A stretch of 64,000 nt of DNA from an uncultured delta proteobacterium (GCA_963803415.1 CAWDMI010000005.1:408835-472834), one strand, 5' to 3'. Positions 29,747 through 39,660 are shown, numbered from the stretch's first letter. A program made the numbers and translations. The notes: a model not told the origin generated them from the sequence alone.

Positions 29747-31498
29747 CTACCGTCGAATCCCTACCCTCAGCCCTAAATAACGCGCCACAAGAGCAACACC
29801 GGTGGTTAGCGCAACAATGATTACGGTATTGACCGCCGCCGCCTCACGCAGACCTTCTGCGAGAAAATCCAGGGTCAAAAGAGCAAGGGTTCTGGTATCA
29901 TGGCTGGCCAAAAGAACCACGGTGGAAACATTTTGCGCCGCCCAGATAAACTGGAGCACACCAATCAATATCAGGGTGGGCGCCATGAGCGGAAGAATGA
30001 TACGATAGTAAGTCCGCCACCAGCCGGCACCAGAAATGTGTGAGGCTTCTTCCAGTTCCCGGTTAAGCTGTAAAAGGGTGCTTTTGGTGATCTGCGTGGA
30101 AGTTGTCACGTGCCCCAAGATCAGGGCCAAAACCAGAGCCGCATGAGTGCCATAAATTGGCCGCATAAACGCAGTACCGAGAAATACCCAGAGCAAGCCC
30201 AGGCCCGTGAGTACCCCAGGAATCGCCTGGGGAACCCAGGTCATAGAGTCCAACATCCATCGCCCAGGCAAGGTCGTCCGGACGATGAGATAGGCCAATA
30301 GTGAGAATAAAAACGGCGCTGCCAAACCGGCTCCCAACGCGACCAGGACCGTGTTTTTGAGCGAGATCAGAAAGATGGGATCCCCCAGCGACAGCCGCCA
30401 ATTTGCCAGCGTCCAAGTCTGTGGCAAGTCAAAGTAGCCAAATCGGGTCATAAAGCTTGCCAGTAAGGTCGCCACGAACGGTACAAACGTTAGCAGCAGC
30501 GTTACAAACAGGAGCAAGGCAAACACGATATACCGCCAGCGTCCAAGCTCGATGAGCTTGGGTTTGAAGCGTCCGCTCACTGTCGTATAGGCTCGCCGCG
30601 TTATGAGTCTCCGCTGCACCACGACCAGCACGACCAGCAACACCAATGTTAAACTTCCCAGAGCCGAAGCTTGGCCGTAAAGCGGCGGTTGCTCTCGCAC
30701 CAGAGCAACGATTTGCGTCGAGTAGACGTAGAATCCGAACGGAACTCCGAGCAAGAGCTCGATTTCGTACGATTCAAAAACACGGAGCGTCGATAATACC
30801 GCGATGATAATGAGGGCCGGGGTCATCAGCGGCATCGTGATGCGCAGGAAGGTCTCGAAATTGCTGCTGCCGGACGCCAAGCTGGCTTCCTCCAGCGCGG
30901 CATCCATGTTGCGAAACGCAGGAGTAAGGAGCATCACTTTGATGGAAATCGAGTTCGCCATCAGATGCGTCCAAACAATGCCCCAGAAAGTGAAAATGTT
31001 GAACGGCGGTTGATTGAGCGATAACCAATTCATCAACAGCCGGTTGATGAGACCCAGATTGGGATCGAGGAGCAGAATCCAGCCGGCGGCTACCAACAAG
31101 GTTGGGAGAAAAAAAGAAAGCCAGAAAAGAAATTCCAGACCGTAGTGAAACGGGACGTTCGTTCGGGTCAAGAACCAGGCAATGAGAACGCCTATCGGAA
31201 AAGAAATCGCTTGTCGGACAATAAAGAGATTTAGCGTGTTACCGATTGCGGTAGCAACTTGCGGCGTCGAGAAGGCCTCTTGCCATCCTTTGAGGCCATA
31301 CTGTGCCGCCTGCCCTACCGCAGCCGTATTGAAGCTGTTGATCAGGATCAGCGCAGCCGGATAGACGACGAAAAAAGCCACCAAGCCGAGAGCCAGCACC
31401 ATGACAAGGGTACCGCCCTCCAGCCAGATCCTGCGAGAAAAAACAGCGCCCGACTCAATCATCGAGGGGAGCGCTTTATCTCTTTGTCGCTGTGACAA
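29747..31498 (-). CDS. Iron(III)-type ABC transporter permease with duplicated membrane domains (FbpB/AfuB-like)
   Basis: 583-aa ORF with about 12 transmembrane segments and two EAA-loop motifs (LEEASLASGSS and LEEASHISGAG). It lies downstream of SBP gene 31554-32690. No ATPase gene follows it. Confidence 0.85.
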   Translation of the reverse strand: MSQRQRDKALPSMIESGAVFSRRIWLEGGTLVMVLALGLVAFFVVYPAALILINSFNTAAVGQAAQYGLKGWQEAFSTPQVATAIGNTLNLFIVRQAISFPIGVLIAWFLTRTNVPFHYGLEFLFWLSFFLPTLLVAAGWILLLDPNLGLINRLLMNWLSLNQPPFNIFTFWGIVWTHLMANSISIKVMLLTPAFRNMDAALEEASLASGSSNFETFLRITMPLMTPALIIIAVLSTLRVFESYEIELLLGVPFGFYVYSTQIVALVREQPPLYGQASALGSLTLVLLVVLVVVQRRLITRRAYTTVSGRFKPKLIELGRWRYIVFALLLFVTLLLTFVPFVATLLASFMTRFGYFDLPQTWTLANWRLSLGDPIFLISLKNTVLVALGAGLAAPFLFSLLAYLIVRTTLPGRWMLDSMTWVPQAIPGVLTGLGLLWVFLGTAFMRPIYGTHAALVLALILGHVTTSTQITKSTLLQLNRELEEASHISGAGWWRTYYRIILPLMAPTLILIGVLQFIWAAQNVSTVVLLASHDTRTLALLTLDFLAEGLREAAAVNTVIIVALTTGVALVARYLGLRVGIRR

Positions 31499-31553
31499 TC
31501 GGCGACGAACTCCGGCGTCCGATTCTTAAGCTCAGTAATCGGCGGGCTTTGTG

Positions 31554-32690
31554 CTAATGCTTTTTTTCCCGTTGATCGCGCGCCTTGCTCACGACGTTGC
31601 GAATCACACTGCCGGTAAGACGCGAGTATTCCTCGGCGCCTGCCTTGAAATACTTGAATCCGGGCTTCGGGATATCATCTTGCTCCACGCCGTCACGCCC
31701 GATGTCCGTACGGCACGACGGCCTGGCAGCGAGCTTCTGCCAGGCCATCTGGCCTTCGCGCGAGAGCAGCCAATTGATATATAGTCGCGCGGCCTGCGGA
31801 TGTGGAGCCTTGGTTACGATCGAAACCGCTCCGTAACCCGGCCCGATCGGGCCCCCTTCTTTGAATTGCTCTACGGGGAGAGATTTTATGGGAAGCCCCT
31901 GGTCTTCTGCCAGCTTGGCAAATGAACTAGAGACAAAAATCCCAACCGGGAACTTGCCCAGCGCAATCCAGTCAATAAGTTGGCGCTGGTCGGAGCTGAG
32001 TGTAATGTCAGTGTCGCGAAATAGTTTGGTCAGGAACTCAGGGCCGAGTTTAGGATTCTTGTAGATAAATCGCGATGGGACGCCACCGGGCCCCGGTTGA
32101 CGAATATCCGTTCCCACCAATTTACCTTTCCATTTAGAGTCGAGAAGATCCCAGTACGAAGTGAATTGTTTCCCATCCACCAATTTTGGGTTGATGTGGA
32201 TGAGCTGGCTGATGCCGCACTCGAACATCAGCGTGGTAAGGGGCCCCTTCGCATCCGCCCACTGGAGTTCACCATCGAGCCAGGCGTTCTTGTCGAGGAC
32301 CTCAGGTAGGTAAAGCACTGGGGAGAGCGGCTCTATAGCCCTGGCGGGTTTGAGGGTGACGGTGCCATTGGTGGTTCCACTAATGTAAACGTCAACGTTG
32401 TAAAGGCCAGCTTTTTGCTCTTGTAGAAGTTTGGTTGCCTCGTCAGTTCCCCTCCCGCCTAAGTATTCCACGCGAATTTTCGGGAACGCCGCCTGGAACG
32501 TGTCCACCAATACCTTCCGATACAGCGGTCCGGGAGCTCCGTAGACCACTACCGTTCCCTCTTTTTCCGCAGCCTCAAGCGTCTGCGAGTGTTGCGCGCG
32601 GCTTGCGCCGGGTTGGAATACAATACACCCCCCTAAAAAGAAAAGAGCCAGAAGCCTCCGCGCAGCTATTTCAGTACACTTTGTAAACAT
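31554..32690 (-). CDS. ABC transporter substrate-binding protein, family 1 (Fe3+-type), paralog 3
   Basis: A signal peptide is present together with the signature APHPQAARLYINWLLSREGQ. Confidence 0.8.
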   Translation of the reverse strand: MFTKCTEIAARRLLALFFLGGCIVFQPGASRAQHSQTLEAAEKEGTVVVYGAPGPLYRKVLVDTFQAAFPKIRVEYLGGRGTDEATKLLQEQKAGLYNVDVYISGTTNGTVTLKPARAIEPLSPVLYLPEVLDKNAWLDGELQWADAKGPLTTLMFECGISQLIHINPKLVDGKQFTSYWDLLDSKWKGKLVGTDIRQPGPGGVPSRFIYKNPKLGPEFLTKLFRDTDITLSSDQRQLIDWIALGKFPVGIFVSSSFAKLAEDQGLPIKSLPVEQFKEGGPIGPGYGAVSIVTKAPHPQAARLYINWLLSREGQMAWQKLAARPSCRTDIGRDGVEQDDIPKPGFKYFKAGAEEYSRLTGSVIRNVVSKARDQREKKH

Positions 32691-32952
32691 AGAAAAATGC
32701 TCCTTCGCGAGAAAATGGGCATCAATGAAACCGCCTTAAAACGCGTCAAAAATTTTCCACCTTTGAGAGATCACCCGTAGTAACGGGAGCCGCGCGTCTG
32801 AGTCATGCGCTCCTGCCCTATCGACTATTAAGTAAGCGCGGGCATGTCAAGATGGCCTGAAAGCGGAATTGGAAATTTTCTGCGTCCGCGAATCCGCAGG
32901 GTCCCAGCTCTTGGCCTGATGGGCGGTCGAACGAACCATTCTCTTGTACTTA

Positions 32953-32975
32953 TTTCTATACGCTGCGTATAGAAA
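32953..32975. promoter_or_regulatory. 23-bp perfect palindrome atttctatacgc-t-gcgtatagaaa... (11-bp arms) within a 615-bp non-coding divergent region; candidate operator
   Basis: Read directly from the sequence: ttctatacgc t gcgtatagaa, followed by a further gtatac. It sits about 265 bp from the SBP start (32690) and about 330 bp from the 33306 gene start. Confidence 0.4.
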
Positions 32976-33305
32976 AGTATACGAAGAGTCACTCCCGGTA
33001 ACGGCCCTCTTTTTCCGCATGCGGATGGTTGCTGCCAAAACTCTTGCTGACTTCTGAAGCGTTCACTTTCTTTTCCGCCTGGCACACCCCTTGCCATGAA
33101 TGGTCAGACGGGAAGAACCCCTGATCGCATCAGCGAAGCACATGACGATCAACCGATGGTATTGGAGGTGGAGCACAAGTAGCTTCAGAACGAGCTGTTG
33201 AAGCGGCCAGCTCGGGCGCTTGGACAAGTCTCAGGAGTATCGTTGCTGCCCTGAGGGATCGGAGCAAGAGGTCACTAACTCATAAAGCCTGAAAAGGGGG
33301 GAAAT

Positions 33306-34415
33306 ATGACGCAGCGAAATATTGTCGTGGTAATGCCTTTCGGTGGGAGGGACCGCACCCAACGCCGCCGGGCGATCCTCAATTTCAAGCGCCTCGAACA
33401 CCTCGTGCGCCAGCAGTGCAAGGTTAAGTCCGTTGCCTCGTCGGACCCGACGAGCGCCGTTCACTTCACTGTTGAAGTTTGTAAGGCGGCGCATGATGAA
33501 ATTCCGGAGCGGGCGCTACGCCAGATCTGTGGCGCGGACATCGTCATTGCCCTGGCTATCGACACCAATCCTAACGTGATCTACGAAGTAGCTTACCGCC
33601 GCTCCGTGGAGCGAAAGCTGATCCTGGTGGTCGAGACGCCCGATAACCTGCCGATCTATCTACGGTCCTGGGCCTATCATCAATGGCGCGAGGATCATGT
33701 TGTCGATCGCATCAACCGGATCGCGAGCGACGACTTCCCCGATTTGCCTGACTTTGACGCCGAGATCCCGCACGATCTCAGAGATGCCATCGACAAGTAT
33801 GACGTCGAGCTTCAGAATGGATTGCAGATGGCGCTGCAGGAAATCGAGTCGAACATCGACGCCACGCCAAGCGTCACGGCGCGCCGCTTGGCGTCGATTG
33901 TCTCCGATGAGACTTCAACTTTCTTTCCCAGCTCGCTCATTGAGGTTTCGTTTTCACGCCGCGGCGAGTTCGCCAACCCCCTTTCGCCCGCGGTCGTCCG
34001 CGATTTTGACGAGGGATTCATGCGCCTATATGGCTACGTCGGCAAAACCGGGGCCGAGGCTGATCAGCCGATGACGTTGGGCAAGCTCTGCCAGCGCATC
34101 GAAAAGTTCACGGATAGTTGCGCTTGGGACAAATTCCTAGCGGAGCAAAAAATGCTCACGGACATCGTCATCAAGCAATACGGCTTTGCGCGCGCGACCG
34201 TTCCATTGAAAATCAACAACAGCCATCCACGGCAAGAGTACCGCGGCACCTGTTACTTGCCATGCATGGTTGGTCAGGTGATTGACGGCAATCTGGACGG
34301 CCCGCACAAGATGTATTTGCTGATCGTATACATAGAGCTGCCGCGTCCGGAGATTTCCCCTGATAGCCGACCGGAGATCTCCACCATTCAACCACAGGAG
34401 TCGTACCATGCTTGA
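33306..34415 (+). CDS. Hypothetical protein with possible N-terminal Rossmann-like SLOG/nucleoside-2-deoxyribosyltransferase-like domain
   Basis: 369-aa ORF with an SD aaagggggg. The N-terminal roughly 130 aa (NIVVVMPFGG...ICGADIVIALAIDTNPNVIYEVAYRRSVERKLILVVE) could fit the Nuc_deoxyri_tr2/SLOG pattern (NPNV.YE.G.A, a K/R-rich strand). The C-terminal roughly 230 aa are unrecognised. The last 8 nt overlap the downstream methyltransferase gene. Confidence 0.45.
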   Translation: MTQRNIVVVMPFGGRDRTQRRRAILNFKRLEHLVRQQCKVKSVASSDPTSAVHFTVEVCKAAHDEIPERALRQICGADIVIALAIDTNPNVIYEVAYRRSVERKLILVVETPDNLPIYLRSWAYHQWREDHVVDRINRIASDDFPDLPDFDAEIPHDLRDAIDKYDVELQNGLQMALQEIESNIDATPSVTARRLASIVSDETSTFFPSSLIEVSFSRRGEFANPLSPAVVRDFDEGFMRLYGYVGKTGAEADQPMTLGKLCQRIEKFTDSCAWDKFLAEQKMLTDIVIKQYGFARATVPLKINNSHPRQEYRGTCYLPCMVGQVIDGNLDGPHKMYLLIVYIELPRPEISPDSRPEISTIQPQESYHA

Positions 34416-35247
34416 CGAGAGACTCGAATCCAATTTCGACCGGCTCTTCGAGACCCGCAGAGACAATGTGCTTGGGATCTGGGATCAGATGCAGCGACTG
34501 CAAACGGATTTCTGTATCGCCCAGGAAATGAGCTTCTATCACACATCACCGCAATGGAGCGCCGCAAAAACCGTCCTCGATGTCGGCACGGGTAACGGTT
34601 ATTACTTGGGCAAGATCGCCGCCGGATTTCCCGATAAAATCTATCACGGGGTCGACAGCTCCGCCGAGCTGATTGCGATTGCCGATCGAGAAGCCGCATG
34701 CGGAAAGGTATCCTTCTCGCATCGCGGTCTGTTCCAAGTAAGCGGAACCTACGATTTCGTGCTTATGCGCCTCTTGCTCCAGCATGTCGACGACGTTGAG
34801 GCCGTCCTCGAACATGCGGCCGCACTGACCAATCCGGGCGGGTCGGCTCTCATCATCGACGCCCATGATCCCTTGCGCTACTTCCATCCCGACCTTCCGG
34901 AATTTAAAAACTTCTTCGCTGCGTACACCGAGAATGAGCGCAAGGAAGGTCGCGATCGCCGCGTGGCCTGGCGCATCGAGCAAGCGCTTGCCGCGAGCCC
35001 GGTGTGGGAGCCGAGAGAGAGCCTGCAGCTACTGATCCCCTCCACGATTCCCGGAAATTTGGCTCTGTTCGTTGAAACCTATAGCCTGCTAGTGGATCTC
35101 GTCGAACACTCGGGCAAATTCCGATACAACTTTCCGAGTGTGAAAGAAGCGTGGCGGCGGTGGTCGGACACACCGAATGCGTATACTCAGGTGGGTCTGA
35201 ACCTGATCCGCCTTGAGCGTAAAGGAAACGAGCACTGTCTCCATTGA
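34408..35247 (+). CDS. Class I SAM-dependent methyltransferase
   Basis: Motif I is VLDVGTGNGYY and motif II is DFVLMRLLLQHV. The gene is translationally coupled to the upstream gene (atga overlap). Confidence 0.8.
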   Translation: MLDERLESNFDRLFETRRDNVLGIWDQMQRLQTDFCIAQEMSFYHTSPQWSAAKTVLDVGTGNGYYLGKIAAGFPDKIYHGVDSSAELIAIADREAACGKVSFSHRGLFQVSGTYDFVLMRLLLQHVDDVEAVLEHAAALTNPGGSALIIDAHDPLRYFHPDLPEFKNFFAAYTENERKEGRDRRVAWRIEQALAASPVWEPRESLQLLIPSTIPGNLALFVETYSLLVDLVEHSGKFRYNFPSVKEAWRRWSDTPNAYTQVGLNLIRLERKGNEHCLH

Positions 35248-35454
35248 CGCGCTCGCAGAACGGTTGTGCGGTCCCCCCGGCACCCAGAGAAGGCTAGCGC
35301 TGCCCGGATGGGCTGGGGTTGTCAACCTAAACACCTCTCTTGTATTATAAATAATAGCTGAACCGAACCATGTATGAGGAGCGGGCGCGCTTCGGCCGCG
35401 CCGCTGCCCGCCGGTGGCTGTTACCTCTGTCGTTAAATTTCCAGTGGAGGTGTC

Positions 35455-35868
35455 ATGCGCTTCTTTGCCGTATTCGCGACCCTAATGCTCACGGCTTGTG
35501 CCACCTCGCCAGTGGCCATTTATCAAGCGTCAGCAGTGCCGTCCTCCAGGATTTTGGCACCACGGTGGTTAGCTCAAGCCCCGTACACGGGCAGCCTCAT
35601 CATCAAGCGCGACAGTGGCTTCATGGGTTCGGCGTGTACAATCCGGGTTTTCGTAGATACCGTTCCAGTTGCAGATCTCGCGCCATCAGAAAAGGTCGAG
35701 CTTTTCCTGCCCCTTGGTGAGCACGTGGTCGGCGCTACTGCGAACGGCAGCATTTGTGGTGGTGGCGTTTCTGAAGCAGCAGTGGTCATTCAGCCTGAGA
35801 GTCAAAAAATTCTGCGTCTTGCCAGCGGTCAGAGCGGGGACATTTATCTTCAGCCAAGCGCGTTTTGA
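35455..35868 (+). CDS. Small lipoprotein (hypothetical)
   Basis: Signal peptide with lipobox (LMLTAC), 137 aa. Confidence 0.55.
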   Translation: MRFFAVFATLMLTACATSPVAIYQASAVPSSRILAPRWLAQAPYTGSLIIKRDSGFMGSACTIRVFVDTVPVADLAPSEKVELFLPLGEHVVGATANGSICGGGVSEAAVVIQPESQKILRLASGQSGDIYLQPSAF

Positions 35869-35878
35869 ATCCTGCGCC

Positions 35879-36979
35879 TCACTGATGAAGCAGCAGCTTC
35901 TGATACAGATCGGTTAGCTCCTTATATCGATCGCCCCATTTTGCCGGTGAAGGGACGACGGTTTTGCGATCGCCGATGTCATCCGGTCCCTTCGTGGTCA
36001 CATCTTTGTGGCTGACCCAACGGCCCTGATGGAACATGATTTCTTGTCCCTTCTTCGACAAAAGAAAGTCCACCAGCAGGGCGGCGGAATACGGATGTGG
36101 CGGGTGCGCGGAGAGATAAATCGCGGCGGCGGATTTCACCGGAATAAAAGGTTGGGGAAAGTTATAGTCGAGCGGCGCGCCGGTCTTCTTTTTTTCGACT
36201 GCCTCATGGTAGTAGCTATCGATGTGAACCTGGAACTCGCCGGCGGCAACCAGCTGGGTGAGTAAATTTTCGCCGCGCCTTATATTAAGCTTTTGATTGC
36301 CGATCTTTCCCGCCAGCTCGGCTCCTTTGCTTTCGCCGTAATAGTCCAATAGCGCAGCCAGCCAGTCGAAAGATTCGCTATCTATTCCCATTTTCCCTAG
36401 CCACTTTGGGTTCGTGAGATCCTCGAAGGCCCGCGGCGCATCTTTGGGATTTACCAGCTTGGTATTGAAGCTAAAAACCATCGGCGTGGCGAACAGGCCG
36501 CTAAAGTAACCTTCCTTGTCGATGAAGCCGTCGCGCAGCGATCGCCGGACAGGACTCTGATACCTCATGATCGCCCCGGCATTCTTCATGGTATTCAACG
36601 TCATGCTCCGGGTATTGAAAATATCCCACTGATAGGATTTTGCTCGATTCTCGGTCAAAACCCGGTTCAGCAAGGCACCGCCGCTGCCGGGCAGAACATT
36701 GACTTTAATGAACGGATACTCGCCTTCGAAGGCGCCAATAATTTCCTGTAAGTTGGGTCGGTTCATGGCAGCATACCAAGTCACCGTACCCTCTTTTTTA
36801 GCCCCGCTCACAAGCCGGGCCTGGCGCTCGACTTCAGGCAGTCGGTTGATTTCCGCGAGCATGTCCTCTTCGGTTTGCGCTGCCTTCAATACGTTTGACG
36901 AAAACAGTAGCGCGACAAGCAACGAACCGAGTACTCCGAGAATCGCAAAACGCGTATGGCTCCGCACGCAAACTCGCAT
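35879..36979 (-). CDS. ABC transporter substrate-binding protein, family 1 (Fe3+-type), paralog 4
   Basis: A signal peptide is present together with the family-1 signature variant (AHPPHPYSAALLVDFLLSKKGQE). The protein is similar to the 22198-23253 and 58211-59284 paralogs. Confidence 0.8.
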   Translation of the reverse strand: MRVCVRSHTRFAILGVLGSLLVALLFSSNVLKAAQTEEDMLAEINRLPEVERQARLVSGAKKEGTVTWYAAMNRPNLQEIIGAFEGEYPFIKVNVLPGSGGALLNRVLTENRAKSYQWDIFNTRSMTLNTMKNAGAIMRYQSPVRRSLRDGFIDKEGYFSGLFATPMVFSFNTKLVNPKDAPRAFEDLTNPKWLGKMGIDSESFDWLAALLDYYGESKGAELAGKIGNQKLNIRRGENLLTQLVAAGEFQVHIDSYYHEAVEKKKTGAPLDYNFPQPFIPVKSAAAIYLSAHPPHPYSAALLVDFLLSKKGQEIMFHQGRWVSHKDVTTKGPDDIGDRKTVVPSPAKWGDRYKELTDLYQKLLLHQ

Positions 36980-37011
36980 GTTCGCCTCTTTCTTCTTTAC
37001 TCCCGGTCTTT

Positions 37012-38086
37012 CTACGGGCCCAAAATCTTCTTTATGCGTTCAATAGTCTCCGGCGGTTGTGTCATGATATCTTTCACGATGGCCTCCACCTCCTCGCCGC
37101 TCGTCGGGTCTAGCTCGAACTTCTTCTTCTTGACGTCGTCCAGAAAGGCAGGATCCTTGACCATTTTCTCATAGGCTTGCCGCAGAATCCTTACCCGATC
37201 GGGCGGAGTTCCGGGGGAGGTAAGAATCGGCCTCCCCAGGGCGCCACTGGCGAGAAGAACGGTCGCCAGACGCCGGCCACTTTCAGGTGTCTTGTAACGG
37301 TCCATGATTTCGTACAGCGTGGGAACATCTGCCAGACGTGGCTCGCGCTTGCGCCCGGTTTGAAAAATGTTGCGCACGAAGCCTTTCTGAAGCCAGGTCA
37401 GGTATGGCTCCCGCGAAAAAAACGTTTCAATCGTAAAGGTACGGCACTGGATTTCCCCTCGTTCTATGGCGAGATCCATTTCAGGACCACCTGGATAGCC
37501 TAACACTACCTGGAACTTTGTCGGCGGTAGAATCTCTTCCAGCATGCGCGTCAGAATATAGGTTGTGCTGGAACGTACCTGTGCTGCCGCATCGGGCAGG
37601 CTCTTTGGCGTTGCGGATATCATCCATGGTTTTGTATGGGGCGTCGGCGCGCATCGTCATCTGCGAATCACCCTTGACCGGAGAGCCGATCCACGCAAAC
37701 TTTGCCCAGTCGTACTTGACCTCTTTTTGTCCAATTAACTGGTCGAGGTAAAGGCCCGGTAGGATTGATCCTATTAGAGTCAACCCATCGGGCTTGGCCA
37801 CACTGTAGAGATAGTTAGCGGCGATTTTGTGGCTTGCGCCGGGCATGTTTTGCACGAGCGTGTCCGGGTTTCCCGGGATGTGCTTGACCAGGTGGACGGC
37901 AACGACACGCGCCCACAAGTCGTAGAGAGAGCCCGCGCTGGTACCGACGAGGATCTTGATCGTCTTTCCTTTATAGAATGGCTCGCCCTGCGCTCGCGCA
38001 GAAGACAAAGACGATAAACTCGAGGCCATGCAGAAAAATACAGAAAAACCAACAGCGACATCGCGCTTTTTCATAGAACCTCCCAA
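37012..38086 (-). pseudogene. tctC: Tripartite tricarboxylate transporter substrate-binding protein (TctC/Bug family) interrupted by a 1-nt frameshift near 37545-37560
   Basis: ORF 37481-38086 carries a signal peptide plus the TctC N-domain (YKGKTIKILVGTSAGSLYDLWARVVAVHL...PGASHKIAANYLYSVAKPDGLTLIGSI). ORF 37012-37623, in a different frame, continues as the C-domain (VLGYPGGPEMDLAIERGEIQ...LADVPTLYE). Removing one T in ctatattctg joins the two as ...FQHNLYLTRMLEE.... No tctA or tctB gene lies nearby. Confidence 0.7.
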
Positions 38087-38258
38087 ATGCTCGCGGTGTC
38101 ACGACTTCCAAGCGACGCGCATGGATTGGACGCTCGGACCCCGAACTAGTATCAAATCGCTCAAAGCGGTTGACGGACTACGTAAGGTATCGCGGCTGGG
38201 GCTCGAGGGTCAAGAACAATTCGGCGCGTTGTGCAATTCGGCGTTTTGCAGTCGTAAG

Positions 38259-39041
38259 TCAGCGTTCCGTAATCGGAATTTTTCGCCGTTGTTCCTGTTT
38301 CTCCATCCCGAATACGCGATAACCGACAATCGGGCCGTCGACTCCCATGGCGAGCGAGTGGATCTGTATCGGCCAGTTAAAGCCAAAAAACGGAGCGCGG
38401 GCCTCGAGGAAGGGTTGGAACTCAGCGTCGGGTCTGCTCAGCGTGCGCATTTCGAAAAGGCCTCGTTGAGACGTTCGCTGATCGATCTCCATTGAAGTGT
38501 AGCTTTTGTAGTGCGCTTGAATCGCGTATTCAGGGAGTTTGACCCACGCATCTTTTTGGTAGGCCACGATCAGTTTTCCGTGGCCTATCAAGAGAAATTC
38601 CATTCTCAGCTCCTCGTTTTGATCTGACGACACGGCTGCTTTAGGTTTCAACAAAGAGTGCAGCTCGAAAGCTCGGTCAATTTCGCTTAGGCTTTTTCGA
38701 TCCAACATCAAGAGACACGCGGATTTTTCGGCGAACTGGGTTTGGGTAAAGAACTGTAAGGCTCCCCACTTTTGGCGTGCGGCCTGGCTGAGGAGCGGTT
38801 GAATCTGATTGAAGTGCGCCAGCCTAGCCGCGTTTAGGTCTATGCCTTCCCTTTTCTCAATTACCGGCAGATAGGTTCCTAGTTCCGCGGCGAGCAATTC
38901 TCGCTTTGGAACGCTGAGACTTTTGCAAAAAGCTGAAAACTCATCGCCTTCCCACAAGTCAACCGAACGGGACAACTGGGGCGACAAAAGGACCAGCGCA
39001 AGTGTGGCTGCAATCCTTAAGAGTGATTTCTTGCCGGGCAC
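38259..39041 (-). CDS. Secreted hypothetical protein
   Basis: 260-aa ORF with a signal peptide (LLRIAATLALVLLSPQLSRS). Confidence 0.5.
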   Translation of the reverse strand: MPGKKSLLRIAATLALVLLSPQLSRSVDLWEGDEFSAFCKSLSVPKRELLAAELGTYLPVIEKREGIDLNAARLAHFNQIQPLLSQAARQKWGALQFFTQTQFAEKSACLLMLDRKSLSEIDRAFELHSLLKPKAAVSSDQNEELRMEFLLIGHGKLIVAYQKDAWVKLPEYAIQAHYKSYTSMEIDQRTSQRGLFEMRTLSRPDAEFQPFLEARAPFFGFNWPIQIHSLAMGVDGPIVGYRVFGMEKQEQRRKIPITER

Positions 39042-39227
39042 ATGATCAGGATAGCCAGCGAACGCGAACGGGTCAACGTGGGCGGCGACCTGACGTTTTT
39101 TCGAAGCCGCCCAGCGCTACGGGCATTCTTTAAGTCGTGGCGGATAAAAGCTTGATTTTTCACCGGCGCCTCTTGTACATTTCGGTCATCTACTCTTGCG
39201 GACTAAGGTTAATTCAGGAGGATTACG

Positions 39228-39647
39228 ATGGCAAAAATCAGCCAAACCACGATCGTCGATGTCGAGAATCAAGCTAGTTGGGGGAAGCCGACGGGGCGTA
39301 ATTATGTGCCGACTACCCGAACCGATCGCTGTCACATCGCGCTCAACTGCTATGAGCCCGGAGTGAACGACGAGATGCATTGCCATCCGGGTTCGGACCA
39401 TACCTTCTTCGTCGTCGAGGGGGAATGCACGATGAAAGGCCTTAAAGAGGGCGAGGAGTACAGGCTGAGCCAGCACCAGGCGGTGCATGTTCCGGCGGGA
39501 TATTTCTACCAGCTCAACAACACCGGGACCGGACGCTTGATCCTCTATCAAGTCAGTACCGAACCGAATCCCAGACCAAAGAAAAGCAATTTGATTTACG
39601 GGATTGACACGAGCCTGAAAGAGCATCTGCTGGATCCGCTTGGTTGA
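39228..39647 (+). CDS. Cupin domain protein
   Basis: 139-aa ORF with cupin metal motifs (EMHCHPGSDHTFFVVEGE and HVPAGYFYQLNN). Confidence 0.75.
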   Translation: MAKISQTTIVDVENQASWGKPTGRNYVPTTRTDRCHIALNCYEPGVNDEMHCHPGSDHTFFVVEGECTMKGLKEGEEYRLSQHQAVHVPAGYFYQLNNTGTGRLILYQVSTEPNPRPKKSNLIYGIDTSLKEHLLDPLG

Positions 39648-39660
39648 CCGCGGAGCGCCT

